The translations under genes were made by a program, and so were the position numbers. The notes under the pieces were generated by a model that saw only the letters and a list, made by a program, of their open reading frames with translations, was not told the origin of the DNA and did no database searches. A DNA stretch of 64,000 nt, taken from Eledone cirrhosa. Lineage: Eukaryota. The stretch covers positions 127,720,001-127,784,000 of the forward strand of contig OZ024740.1 in the NCBI GenBank assembly GCA_964016885.1, read 5' to 3'. Numbering within the stretch: the first letter of the stretch is position 1; the number at the start of each line of letters is the position of its first letter. Below are positions 28,086 to 42,040 of this stretch, piece after piece.

Positions 28086-29234
28086 TGAACTAACTGTTGT
28101 GTAACCACTTCTACCTAACTCGTCCCATGGACTGAGTGCTCTACCACTTCGGATATTACTTTCCAGTGTTCTACCAATATATATATATATCTCTATATAT
28201 ATATATATATACATATATATGGACACAAAATAGAATATCAGAAAGAAGCGAGCATGATTTGCCCCAACGCTCAGTGTCCTTCCTTACATTCAGTGCTCGA
28301 GGCTCGGCAATGTCAAATTTGCTTTTCGTACTTCAAGGATAGATAGAATATAGTGCTAATCAGTAAGTGGAATAGATTTAAGAGATATTTACCCTTCTCT
28401 TCAAATGACTGGTCTTGTGCAGAAATATGAAGTATATGTACGAATTTATAGGTGTCATATAGCTTAATCAACCTGTGTTCGAAACTAAATGTGCACATAC
28501 GTACACAATCACAGAGTGAAAACGTCTTATAAAAGCAAAGAAATACTCGCCCAGAACACGTGCTCATAGGTGTGCTTTAATCACATACAAAGCATGTAAG
28601 TGCCTTTTTGGGGGGTTTTCCATACACCTTTCATTCTCTAGCAGAAAATATGCTACACACTCTTATACTAATATCGTTCTCACGCCTCCTTTCTCTCCCT
28701 CTCACGCTGTCGCTGAAGGTAACTTAATTGAATGTATGTTTGAATGTACTTAAGGTTTGAGGCGTTTCTTTCTGTTTTGCTCATATTTCGTGAAAGCCGA
28801 GCAATCCAAATGACTATACGTGAATCTAAGGATTGGCATTAGATTACATCAATGCAGGTTTTTATTATCCTTCTGTTGTCACAACACACATGACGTTTCA
28901 AACACATAAGCACAATGTGCTTGTTCTTAAATTTGTTTAGTTAATTTATCATTTATTTTAAATCTTTCTAGATAAAGTAAAACCCGCAATTTGGGAATAA
29001 GAAATGATGGTTTGTGTTGACAACAACATCTGAAGAGGAAAGTTTGTAGGAAGCAATATTTTTAGAAAGCAATATATATATAATGCCAATCATTGTAAAT
29101 TTGAATCTAACTGACATGCAAAAACAAGAGGAAGGGGAGAAATGAGGTGCAACAGAAATGAAACATGGATTACAGTTTAAATGTAGTCTAGATAGATGAG
29201 AAACAAAACGAGGATGTAGTTTATGGAACACCGA

Positions 29235-29700
29235 AATGATTTAGAAATCGACCTTATGTTGGAGCAATAACATTAAGAAAAATATGAACAATACCACACC
29301 ATTTCGTTTTGAAAATTTTGAAAGTATGTTTATAAGTATGAATTTTCATAAGATTTTCGTAGTTGTCTCTGTCGCTTAGCGGTAGGTATCAGAGACGGTG
29401 AAGATCCTGACCTTGGTTTCAATCCTTGTACATGTAACCTTTTTTCACGTTTTTATTTAACAACCGATTGAAAATACAAAAGAAGCTTACTGGGAACCCT
29501 TCTCCCGACCAGGATCGAACTTTAGACCAGGATCACCACCGTCTATGATTCCTCTAACTAGGCCACAAAGAGAGCTGCAGAAATATAATGAAAATTGATA
29601 ATTATAAACCTACTTTCAAAATTAAAGTTAAAAAGATGTGGTATCGTTCATGGCTTTCCTAGAACTATTAGTAATATTTAGAGTCGACTTCTGGTCGTTA
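29235..29700. repeat. Old palindromic element with two convergent tRNA-like segments
   Basis: Arms share ATGAAC.ATACCAC and AATTTTGAAAGTA.GTTTATAA; tRNA-like A/B boxes at ~29366-29430 (+) and ~29500-29573 (-). Confidence 0.6.
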
Positions 29701-30756
29701 TTGAAAGTCTCTGGATTTCGCAAAATACATATTTTTTATTAGAGAAGGTAAGATATTTTTCCGCAATAAATTGATTGCAGTTTTGTTTCCAATTGTCTAT
29801 TTTTCGAAAATGTTATTTATTCATTATAAAAATAAAATGATAGCATTCTCTATGTAGGTGAGCCCCCTTCAACTCCTGGCAACCAATATTTTTAGACCCA
29901 ATTCGCCACTAGATATATATATGTTTTTATAGCACTAATTATGTATCATAAAATTTATGCTTATTTCTATACATTTTCGTTCTTTATTTGTTAGTGGTAT
30001 ATTCAAGTGGCATTATAGAGATCTTTACAGGAGTGTATTCTCTCATTCCTGTGAAACTTTGAATATAATTTCATTGTGACTAAACCCTTTATATGACATA
30101 TGTGGGTGCATGCAGATACACACACACATTCTTAATCACACAAATCCGTATTTTATCGAGCCTAATTTATAGAAATAAAACAATTGCACATGTAGAACAT
30201 CGGTTTTTAGACTGGTGCTGAGATAAATTCATGCACGGCGAGACAACGATACACACGCACATGAACAGTGTTTACATCACTCAAATTTTACTCTAGATGT
30301 TTTGATCGAATCCAAGGAAATTACAATTGATCAGGGACAGTGGGCTTGAAACAAATGGTCAAGTAGTAAAATTCTCATTCACAAATCTTTGACTACGCGT
30401 TTATATAACTTCATATGCTATATATTGTTTCACTTTCAACTTATCTCGATTTTTATCTATCCATCTATCTATCTGCACCCCCCTCTCTCTCTCTCCTTCT
30501 TTCTGTATATATATATATATTAATATATAAGTATGTATACGTACATGGTGGCTGCCAACTCGTTTTCGAGTACGGCCACTACTTTATATGTAGGAGAACC
30601 CCTACCAATGCGCTGAACGAGTGTGAATTTTTAGTCCAGCTAGCGACTTGAAAACTCTGGTAGGTACAAACGCTACACTTGTGACAATTATTGACACATA
30701 GTGCGGGGCCATGGTACCATGTGATGACAAGTGCAGAGAGATCTCCAGATATAAAG

Positions 30757-30965
30757 CAATGCCTGTGCCGTGAAGCTTTTATAGTGAGGAAATGCACTGC
30801 ACAAAGCCAGTCCCACTCTCTTAACCAAGATGATATTTACCAAAAAGAAGAAGAAGTCAACATCATTGGATACCATCAGGGTTGCAGGTGTTATATCAGA
30901 GTTTTCCTTCTCCTAGAATTCTGCCTTGACAAAGGCTAAGGGGTCATCTCTCCCGGTGATTTTGG
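30757..30965. repeat. Dispersed repeat, homolog of 22475-22705
   Basis: Shared sequence blocks with 22475-22705. Confidence 0.6.
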
Positions 30966-31115
30966 ATGGCCATTGACTCTTAAGAGCTCCTTTGCCCTTT
31001 GTGCATGTATATATACTACTGTTTGTCTGTATATATACATGTATGTATACGTACATACATGTACATATACAGACAAACAGTAGTATATATACATGCACAC
31101 ATATATATATATGTA

Positions 31116-31371
31116 CGTATTGGTTTACCGGACATTTATTATAATGTTCGGTTTGTTTGTAAACAAACACCCCGAATTAAGCCGTACAGTGTTCGGCAAC
31201 CATCGTTGCCATTTTGTTCAACACTGACAAAAGAACGATGAACTAGTTTCAAGCTTATTAGCTATCGTCAGGACCGTATATCTTCCTGTCAGATGATTGA
31301 ACATTTGAAAGTATATACTTTCCTTATGCATATTAACGGCTGATAATAATAAATGTTCGGTAAACCCATAC

Positions 31372-31372
<1 letters not shown>
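31116..31372. mobile_element. MITE, ~257 bp, 27-bp TIRs, TA target duplication (Tc1/mariner superfamily type)
   Basis: Left CGTATTGGTTTACCGGACATTTATTAT; right (reverse complement) CGTATGGGTTTACCGAACATTTATTAT; TA on both sides. Confidence 0.75.
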
Positions 31373-31448
<76 letters not shown>

Positions 31449-31452
31449 CATG

Positions 31453-31492
<40 letters not shown>

Positions 31493-31495
31493 TGC

Positions 31496-31540
<45 letters not shown>

Positions 31541-31554
31541 CTTACTACTGTACG

Positions 31555-31604
<50 letters not shown>

Positions 31605-31686
31605 TGTACGCATACATACTTATATTTAAGTATCAACCGTACGAAGAGTGAGAAATTTCATTTGATTTCATTCTTTTCCATTTATA

Positions 31687-31730
<44 letters not shown>

Positions 31731-31731
31731 A

Positions 31732-31836
<105 letters not shown>

Positions 31837-31870
31837 GTTAAAAGAATAGATGTGTAACACACAAGTTATT

Positions 31871-32980
<1,110 letters not shown>

Positions 32981-33135
32981 ATATACATACACGTATACAT
33001 ACATATATGCACATATATTTTTTTGTGTTGCACCATAGAGCATGTGTGTTTACGTATGTCATTGTGTTTATATGTGGGTAGAGATGTGTGCTGATGTAGG
33101 TATGTATGTTGACGTGTGTATGTTGTGGGTTCGTC

Positions 33136-34682
33136 TTAGGGAGAAGTGTTTAGAAGGGGTCCGTATTTGTTAATGAAGTAAGATTCTTTGTTGATGCGCT
33201 GGGTGTGGGTGGCATTATCTTTAAATTTGTAGAGGGGAAAGATTCTGAAGTTGGGATGATTTTGGGCGGCACAGGTATCAATGTGATCACTCAGTGGTAT
33301 TTTCCTGTATTCCCGTATTTTGATTTGGGATCTATGGACAGTCATGCGTTGGCGGAGGCTGTTTTTGGTCTGGCCTATGTATTGTTCTCGACAACCTGAA
33401 CAAGTTAATACATATATTATATTTTCCGATGCACATGTGAAATTGTGTTTTACTATAAAACGTTGTCCATCTTTGAAATAGAATTCCGAACCCTCTATTA
33501 GGTTGATGCAAATGCCACAGTTGGGTCTATCGCATTTTTTTTACTGTGGGTTTCGTTGTTGTGGTTGGCAGTACTTTGGCATGTGTTAAGATGTTTTTCA
33601 TTGACTTGGATTGTCTTTTGCTCTTTATGATATCATGTGTTCGTAGAATTTGGTTCATTCTATGGTCCTTTTTCAATACAGGGATGTTCTGGAAGATGGT
33701 GTCAAAGGCCTCATTATTGAGGGGGTTGTGTGTGGAGATGTATGGAAGAGCTTTTAGATTTGGTTGATTTACTTTAGGGTGTCTAAGGTCCTGGGTACTG
33801 AGTTTTAGGGCACGTTGGATTCCATTGTCAATTAGTGATGCAGGGTAGTCCCTGCCTATGAGTGTGTCCTTTAGTTCTTGTAGCCGTAAGTAGCAGATGT
33901 TTTTATTGGAGACTATATTACAGATTCTCTTGGCTAAGTTGTAGGGAATATTAATTTTAACGTGTCTAGGGTGGCAAGAGTTGAAGGGGATATATTGCTT
34001 GGAGTCTGTGGGCTTGTAGTATATGTCTGTTTCTATTTTTTTGTTATGGATCTTAATGAGGATGTCGAGGAAGGGGAGATGTTGATGGCTGTATTCCATC
34101 GTGAAGTTAATATTTGTGTTGAGCCCATTTATAAGGGTGTGACATTCTTTAAGCTTTTCGATGTTTTCGTGCCAAAGGATGAAGCAGACATCTAGATATC
34201 GCTTCCAGTTCCGTTCAATGTGTAAGTGGAGGGTGTTTCCAAATTTGTTTAGGACTTTAGTGTAGAGGGTGATTTCCAGGTATCCCATGACTAGGTTGGC
34301 ATAAGTGGAGGCTGTTTTCGTTCCCATAACGGTCCCAGATTTCTACCTGTAGGGTTTGTTATTGAAAACGAAGTAATTGTTCTCCAAGATAAATTTGAGT
34401 CCCTCTATCACGAATTCTTTTTTGATGCGTTGTGGGAGTTCATTGTGGAAATTGTCCAGCCAGGATTGGATGGCTTCTATTCCTAGGTTGTGGGGGATGT
34501 TTGAGTATAGGTTGACTACATCGAACGTCACTAGTAGGGTTTGTTCAGAAAGTGGCATATTAGGGAGGTGATTGAGCATATCTAGGTCGTCCCTTATATA
34601 GCTTTTGATGTGCTTGAGGAAGGGTTTGAGAAGGGTATCAATGAAGTTGCTAAGACGGTGCGTTTCGCAAGCGGGGCCTGCT
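33136..34682 (-). mobile_element. 5'-truncated Penelope-like element (Neptune-like Cys linker), RT + GIY-YIG
   Basis: AGPACETHRLS, VTFDVVNLYSNIPH, MGTKTASTYANL, WKRYLDVCF, LPFLDIL, CGIC linker, NIIYVITCSGC..QYIGQTKNSLRQRMTVH. Confidence 0.92.
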
Positions 34683-34685
34683 ATT

Positions 34686-35059
34686 ATATATATATATAGT
34701 GGATATATGTATGTGTATATATATATAGTGAATATCATTTCACACCTTTTATTGTTAAGATTTTTGATGTTCAATTAAGAGAACTGATTTTACTGAAAAA
34801 ATCGAATAATGTACACCATTTTACCAGGGGGAAAAAAATACTGGTCCACCCACACACACACACACACACATATATACACACACACATACACACGCGTACA
34901 TCAACATACAAAGAGACTTATATATACACACACACACACACACACGCACTTCTCCGTATAAGACAAAAGCTGAAAAATATCTTTTGACATGCTAAAATAC
35001 CCCCCATTGCTTTCAGACACATTCTTACTGACCATCCCTGCCACCATGAATTACTCTGC

Positions 35060-35138
<79 letters not shown>

Positions 35139-35207
35139 ATCTTAATAGCCATTTGACACACATCGCTGCTAACCATTATCACAACATCGAACACCTTACT
35201 ACTACTA

Positions 35208-35275
<68 letters not shown>

Positions 35276-35735
35276 TTGTTGTGAAAAAGTAATTTCTCAA
35301 TCTTGGCGCAAAACCAATTTTTTATTCACATGACCTCTACCGACCAATCAAAATTGTTTTGACCACAAGAATTTTTGCTGGAGCCGCTTTTTTAACATAA
35401 AAACAGTCTTGGCGCAAAATCAATTTTTTACATTCACATGACCTCAACCGACCAATCAAAATTGTTTTGAACACAAGAATTTTTGCAAATTGGAGCCACT
35501 TTTTTAACATAAAAACAGGTAGAATTCCCAAAACTAATCAGATCAGAGCAAACAGCACGGACACTCTATCTCAAAATTATTTTTGAAAAGCATTTAGAAA
35601 TGCGCAACCGGTAAAAACTTGAAAACTTAAAACCACAACTGAATACTAACCCAAACAATCACTAATACTCTTTTATTCCTAATTAAACCATTTTTCAACT
35701 GTGAACAATTTGTCAGCATTTTCTATTCCGTTTAC

Positions 35736-35745
<10 letters not shown>
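34686..35745. repeat. Right arm of ~1.1-kb inverted repeat
   Basis: Reverse complement of 31871-32980. Confidence 0.92.
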
Positions 35746-35768
<23 letters not shown>

Positions 35769-36302
35769 TATATATATTTAATACATTAAAAGAGAAAGTT
35801 TTAAGCAATACTCCGACCGGCTTCCGTCTCACTCAACAAACACTAGGATATACCTTAGTAAAATCCCAATTATACGTTTGGGGTGCTAACTATACGTATT
35901 TTGCGGATAGCCACTTGTATTATTTTACATGTGACATAATTATATACATCTCTTTCCAAACGATCGTTTCATTATAAGTTTTCTACAAATTAGTAAAATA
36001 ATGTCCAGGTTATGTAGAAGCCTACATATAGTCCATAGGAATATATTGTAGGTGGGCACTTATAAATCATCAGTGGATGCCCGACAATATCGATATAAAA
36101 AAAACCTTACCGATATTAATATTCAGCGATGGTACCCGCCAGTGCTAGAGTGACTGCCACATTTGAAATTCCAGCAGTCTCACAATGAGAAATCTCACAC
36201 TGTCACTAAGCGGGAAAGGGAGGTCATCGCAAAACATAAAATAATAAAATAATATGCACGCAGGTCAATTAATTATTTCAATAATTTTAACCATGCGTGA
36301 AG

Positions 36303-36339
<37 letters not shown>

Positions 36340-36924
36340 AGCTTATAGATATATATATGCGTTTGACTGCGTGTCTATCTGTCAATAATCCGAATTCACT
36401 CTATATGATTGATTTATTTCCTGCGTTCAAGAATTATTGTTGCATTTGTAACCAAAGTCACATATCTTTGGGCATATCATCTAAAATATTATGTCAAAAG
36501 TTAACACTTACCAAGTTTCGTACCAATATTGACATTTTTTTTTGTAATTGTTATTAATCCTTTCTATTCTGACATTATATATCATTAACTATGAATAATG
36601 CCCATTATTATGTGAAAGCATGTACAATAAAAATTATAATAAAAATAAACTTATTTAAAAACGGTAAAAAATGTTATGGAATTGGAAAACGTTGTCTTTG
36701 AATGGCGTTAAAAAATATCGTGGGTTTTAATATTGAACTGTAAAGCCATACATTTTGCTAGGAGCATATCTATTCGAATCGATCATTACATCAGCGGTGC
36801 AAAATGTTTCAATCCCGGAAGTGTAAAAGACAAAGATGAGCTCAGCGTGAGTTAATCTCAGACGGCTTATATCTGTAACTAAATACTTCTATTAATCTGC
36901 AAATCTTTTTATTATAATAACGGA

Positions 36925-37145
36925 TACTGGATTGGCAGTAGCGGTAGAGGGTCGGACGCCATGCTTTGCAACATAGAGTTACGGAATTGTATTATCTGAG
37001 TTCAAATCCCGCCGAGGTTAACTTTGCCTTCATCCTTACGAGGTCGATAAAATAAAGTACCAGTCATGCACTGGAGTCGATTTAATCGGCTTACATTCCC
37101 CCAAACTGGCTGGTCTTATGCCTATATAATAAACCAATATAATAC
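36925..37145 (+). mobile_element. tRNA-derived SINE (Deu/Nin-like core), near full length
   Basis: A-box-like TGGCAGTAGCGG, B-box GAGTTCAAATCCC, core GCCGAGGTTAACTTTGCCTTCATCCTTACGAGGTCGATAAAATAAAGTACCAG. Confidence 0.8.
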
Positions 37146-37421
37146 CGGATACTAGCAGATGGGTAAAATTGTTAATGTCCCGAACAAAATTAATATTAAG
37201 ATATTTATTTTCCGAGCTGTTGTACAATACTCCGTCCAAATCCATTCTTTATTAATTTGTCTTTCATCATTTGGGAGATCACGTTGCCGTTTTGTTTGCG
37301 GGGCGTGACTGACGCGCCGCTCAGATGGTGGTGTAGTGTCTGTCTTTCCTCCACATTTCGCTGCTTGAATCTTTTTTCTTTTTCTTGTTTCATCTCCTTT
37401 ATTTCTCTTTCACTCTCTCTT

Positions 37422-37510
<89 letters not shown>

Positions 37511-38439
37511 GAAAAATAGCGTGCTGCGTTGTTGCAAATGGGATACATATGAATAAAATTAGAGCAGAAGATAAGGCGTCGGTCATCAGTGATCTTCCAG
37601 TCGTTGTTGGTATTTCTTCATATATATATATATATTAGACATTTCAGTGTGGCAGTGTGTCATATGTATATAGTGTTTGCGATATTTCACAAGAAAAGTA
37701 TATCAGTTAAAAACAGAGGTAGATCTCATTCGAGAATATTATCACTCAAAATATGTGTCCTTCCACCAATGCATCAATGGTGTTCTTTCGAGTAACATCA
37801 AAGACCAAATATTTACAATAAAAATCCAACGATGATATAGTCGACATTTCAATATTTGTGGCACATATTTAATAAATAAGAATTCAATCCCAAATAAGAG
37901 AAGATATTACACGTTGTAAAGTTTTGCTGCAATGGTATATTTTAATACAATATTAGAATATTAAAAATAAAGAATAATGTGTTAATAGGTATGCTGTTTA
38001 ATCTATATATAGATATAAATGGAGAAGACAACATGTTTAAAATGTTTTCTGAATTTTGTATAATATCACTTACAGATAAGAAAATTCAATTATCACGTCA
38101 AAAATGTGGATCTCGTAGAAAAATATGTTTTGTTTCTCTTCTTTTCATAGATAGAAATACACTGGAGAATATTTTCGTTGCCTTCTCTAGAGTAATAGAT
38201 ATTGTTCCTCACTAGCCAATTAATGAAATGATCTTCCATAAAGTATCTGTGTTACGTTCTATTATGCGATGGTCTATGCTTATTTGATGATACTCATTTG
38301 TATCTAGAATGAATGAGTCAGTGCATCATAAGCTTTCTCGAAACGTCTAGGTGGAAGCAGGATCTATAATATAGGTTTAGATAGGAATTCAGCAATGAAT
38401 ACGGCACAGAATCGACAGATTTGGACTTGACCAATATAA

Positions 38440-38672
<233 letters not shown>

Positions 38673-38824
38673 GGGTTGCACTGACTAATTGTTTTTTTAT
38701 TATTGTTTTGGGGCAAGAAAATAATGGGTGATAGAGAAATTCAAAAAACATTAAATTCAACATGTAGAAATACATAAGAAATATCATTTCCTGGAAAATA
38801 GTCTAAATACATAACATTATTTCG

Positions 38825-38985
38825 GAGGATTGGCAGTATCGGTAGAGGTTCGGACGCCATGCTTTGCAGCATAGACTTGCCGAGGTTAACTTTGCCTTTC
38901 ATCCTTACGAGGTTGATAAAATAAAGTACCAGTAATTCACTGGCATACTTGCTGGCCTTGTGCCAAAAGAAGAAACAATTATTTC
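38825..38985 (+). mobile_element. SINE copy with internal deletion of the B-box region
   Basis: Same head and core as 36925-37145. Confidence 0.75.
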
Positions 38986-39739
38986 TATTGCTTGAACGTT
39001 CTGATCTACACAAATAGAAATTACTTGATACTGCCCAGGGTGTGTAATATATTGTGGGATAAAAGATACCAAAATAGAAGTGTGATACTCCTACCCAACT
39101 GAGATGATATATGTTTATTTGATCTTTAAAAAAGAAATTTATTCTAAAATTATAACTTTGCTGATTACATGTTTATTTTAAGTTATTTGAAAATATTCCA
39201 ATAATAATGATTCCTGTTATCCTAACTTAAAGAAAAAATAAAATGTAATCATCAAATTTTTGGAAGAGTGTAATTATAGTTCAAAACATCAAAATTGCTC
39301 CAATTCCAGAGCTTAGCCGATTAATTCCAGAGTAAAATCAGCCTAATTTTCTCACACGTGTTCACAAATGCGTAGCTACATAATTGTGATTAATTATCAA
39401 ATGTAAATAATATTATAATTAGGATTAATTATGTTAGATATATTCTTATCATAATACATAATTACATTATAGTTAAACGGCGGTTGATTAATCGGAATCA
39501 GTCTATAAGGCAATGCCGATTGATCGGTAATCGTGTAATTTTCAATTTGATGTCTTACTAATTTATGAAAGACCTTTTCAGCCACTTTTGATTAGCCAAC
39601 GTAAATGTCTCTCTAATAAATCTTTGATATGGTTATAAATATTTAGCTTGCCAAATCTTAATTTTCCAAATTGAAGGTTCGGACCGCTACAGTACTTTAA
39701 GCACTATATGCCATTCAGGCTTTGTCACAGCTAGCTGCT

Positions 39740-40645
39740 TTCATTAAGCAGTTGGGATATGTGGACAACATTGAAGCTCGATATGCAATAATGTTTTGTG
39801 TTAAACTCGGCAAAAACGCTGCAGAAATCTATGAAATGTTCAACGCTGCTTACAGACAAACCTTTAGAAGCCGGGCGACTGTTTTCCGCTGGGACGATGA
39901 TGTTCCAGAAATGGGCTCAATGAACATCAAAGTTAGAGGCGCATTGATGACAGATGGGGGATGGTGGCGTGGACTGCTTAGAATTCAAGTGTCATATAGA
40001 TTTTGGTAACCTGTGACGAGATCTAGGTTTAATGTTATGATTCAGAGACCAAGACACAAAGTGCCCAGGGGAAACATTCTTGACTCCCCAAAACCCAAGA
40101 AAGCCAGTCAAGGCTATTCCAGCCAGAGGCTCATGATGATCCTATTTTACAACTGCAAGGGCATTATCTACATCCGTTGTGTTCGCCACGGCCAGACAGT
40201 CAACAAAACGTACTATGTAAAGGTTTTGTGCCAGTTCAGAAAGAAATTAAGTCGAAAAAGACCAGAACTCTTCTAGTCTGGTCAGCGGTACTTGCACCAG
40301 GAAAATGTCCCCTGCCACAAATCCATCCTGCTGAGCAATTACTTGGCCGATATGGGAATCCAAACTGTCGCTCATCCTTCCTACAGTCCAGACATAGCAC
40401 CATATGATTTATGGATGTTCTCGAAGATGAAGATGAATCTCAGTCTTTGAGGAAGTGAAGGAGATACAAGAGGCTCTGACAAGTGCCCTGGGCACCTTCA
40501 TTTTAAATGAATACAAAGAGGCCTTCTAGATGTGGCTCCAGAAGTTGGAGGATCCTACTTTGAAGGAGTCTAGATATTTGTGTTGATATGTGTTAAATAA
40601 ATGTCTCTCTGATAAAAGTTTCAAAACGTCTTGAGTATACCTCAT
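39740..40645 (+). mobile_element. Mariner-family DNA transposon relic (transposase pseudogene)
   Basis: YAIMFCVKLGKNAAEIYEM..TVFRW (HTH), VTCDE, LMMILFY..KGII..GQTVN..YY..L..KRPEL, HQENVPCH, HPSYSPDIAPYDLWMF (YSPDLAP motif). Confidence 0.85.
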
Positions 40646-41174
40646 ACATATATTTAAGGTAAATAAATCCTTCTTGACATTAAAACAAAATATACATATA
40701 TAGATTCGCGATCTATGTATAGAATGAAGCTGTAAAACTGCATAACGGTAAATGTGTTAAACTTGGTGGAATAGGAAGTAGTCACTTATTTAAATGCAGA
40801 TGTTCACATCTTGTTAGACAAATTCATTGGGGAAGTTAAGTAAATTATCGATTAAATAGATTCATCTTAACACAAACTGGAAATATTGTTTTCGTTATAA
40901 TTTTTTAAACCAGAAAGTTTAAAAGGCAAATTTGACCAGCTGAGAAGAGTGGACAATGTGAAAAAAATTGTCTTGCTAAAGGGCACAAAGTACTGTCCAG
41001 TACCGACCTTATGATTTTACGAAAGGTATACACCTACAGACATTCGATTTGAAATCTGTAAAAATGCGCTCTTTCCTTTTATCCGACTATTTTTTCCAGG
41101 ACATATATTATCTTCATCATGTAATATCTAGCAAACTAATCACTCTGGTTGTGCTCCTGTTTTTATTATTGTTC

Positions 41175-41315
41175 ATATCCAGCCGAGGTTAACCTTGCTT
41201 TTCATCCTTACGGGGTCGATAAATTAAAGTACTAGTAACACACTGGGGTTGAATTAATCAACTTTTTACTTCCCTACATAAGTGCTGGTCTCGTGCCTAA
41301 ATCAGAAACCAATAT
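41175..41315 (+). mobile_element. SINE fragment (Deu/Nin-like core)
   Basis: GCCGAGGTTAACCTTGCTTTTCATCCTTACGGGGTCGATAAATTAAAGTAC. Confidence 0.75.
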
Positions 41316-41747
41316 TGCTGTTGTTGATGCGTTAGTCTTTGTGAATGTTGTTAAAAGTGTTACGCTATTCATGAAAATGAGCACATGTTTCAACAGTTAA
41401 CAATCTTCTCGAGTCCAATGAAATATGCAGGTGGTTCTATATAATAATCAATGGATGATAAGATGCGAAATCACTGGCCTCTTGTGCTCTCCGTCCCTAC
41501 AAGGTCTAAACTATCATTAGCAGTAATACGATGAGTTAATTTTTTCAATTACAGTTCTTTTATACAAAATTGTGTTTATTTGGAGATAATCATCCTCATC
41601 ATTCCCATGATCGTCATCTCTTTTTTCTCTTTTCTTCTCATCTTTTTATATTGTTGTTCATCTTGTTCGCTTTCTCATACTTGATATTACAAAATCCCTG
41701 ACGTCCTTGTGATTTGTACGCGCAATATCTCCTCATTAGTTACACCA

Positions 41748-41796
<49 letters not shown>

Positions 41797-42040
41797 TTTT
41801 CTTTATTAACCACAAGGGTTTACATGAAGTAGACATTAAGGAGAGTACAGGACAATACAGGACGGTACAAATGGGCATTTCTGCGTGTAAAAAAAAACAG
41901 AGGATGTAATAAAATAACAAAGAAAAATTCCCCAATAGGGGGGAGACTTCCGAGGGACATTTGTGGAGAAAGCCCATTAAAAGGCCACAGTGACCCTGAC
42001 CACCAGGGCAAGTGCCCTCTCCCAGTTTTCCACCTTTAAT

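Larger units (their letters stand above)
27595..28120. mobile_element. Head-to-head inverted pair of PLE pseudo-LTRs (family of 2020-2280)
   Basis: Arms 27595-27848 and 27857-28107 are reverse complements with 8-nt spacer TTATGTAC; right arm matches 2025-2278. Confidence 0.88.

Noticed and set aside
35810-35860. GGAAGCCGGTC on the minus strand resembling hammerhead GAAA-CCGG-UC
   Set aside because: No upstream CUGANGA and GAAA is mutated.
37255-37360. Short CpG-rich patch as a promoter or exon
   Set aside because: Too short; no supportable ORF, splice pair or motif set.
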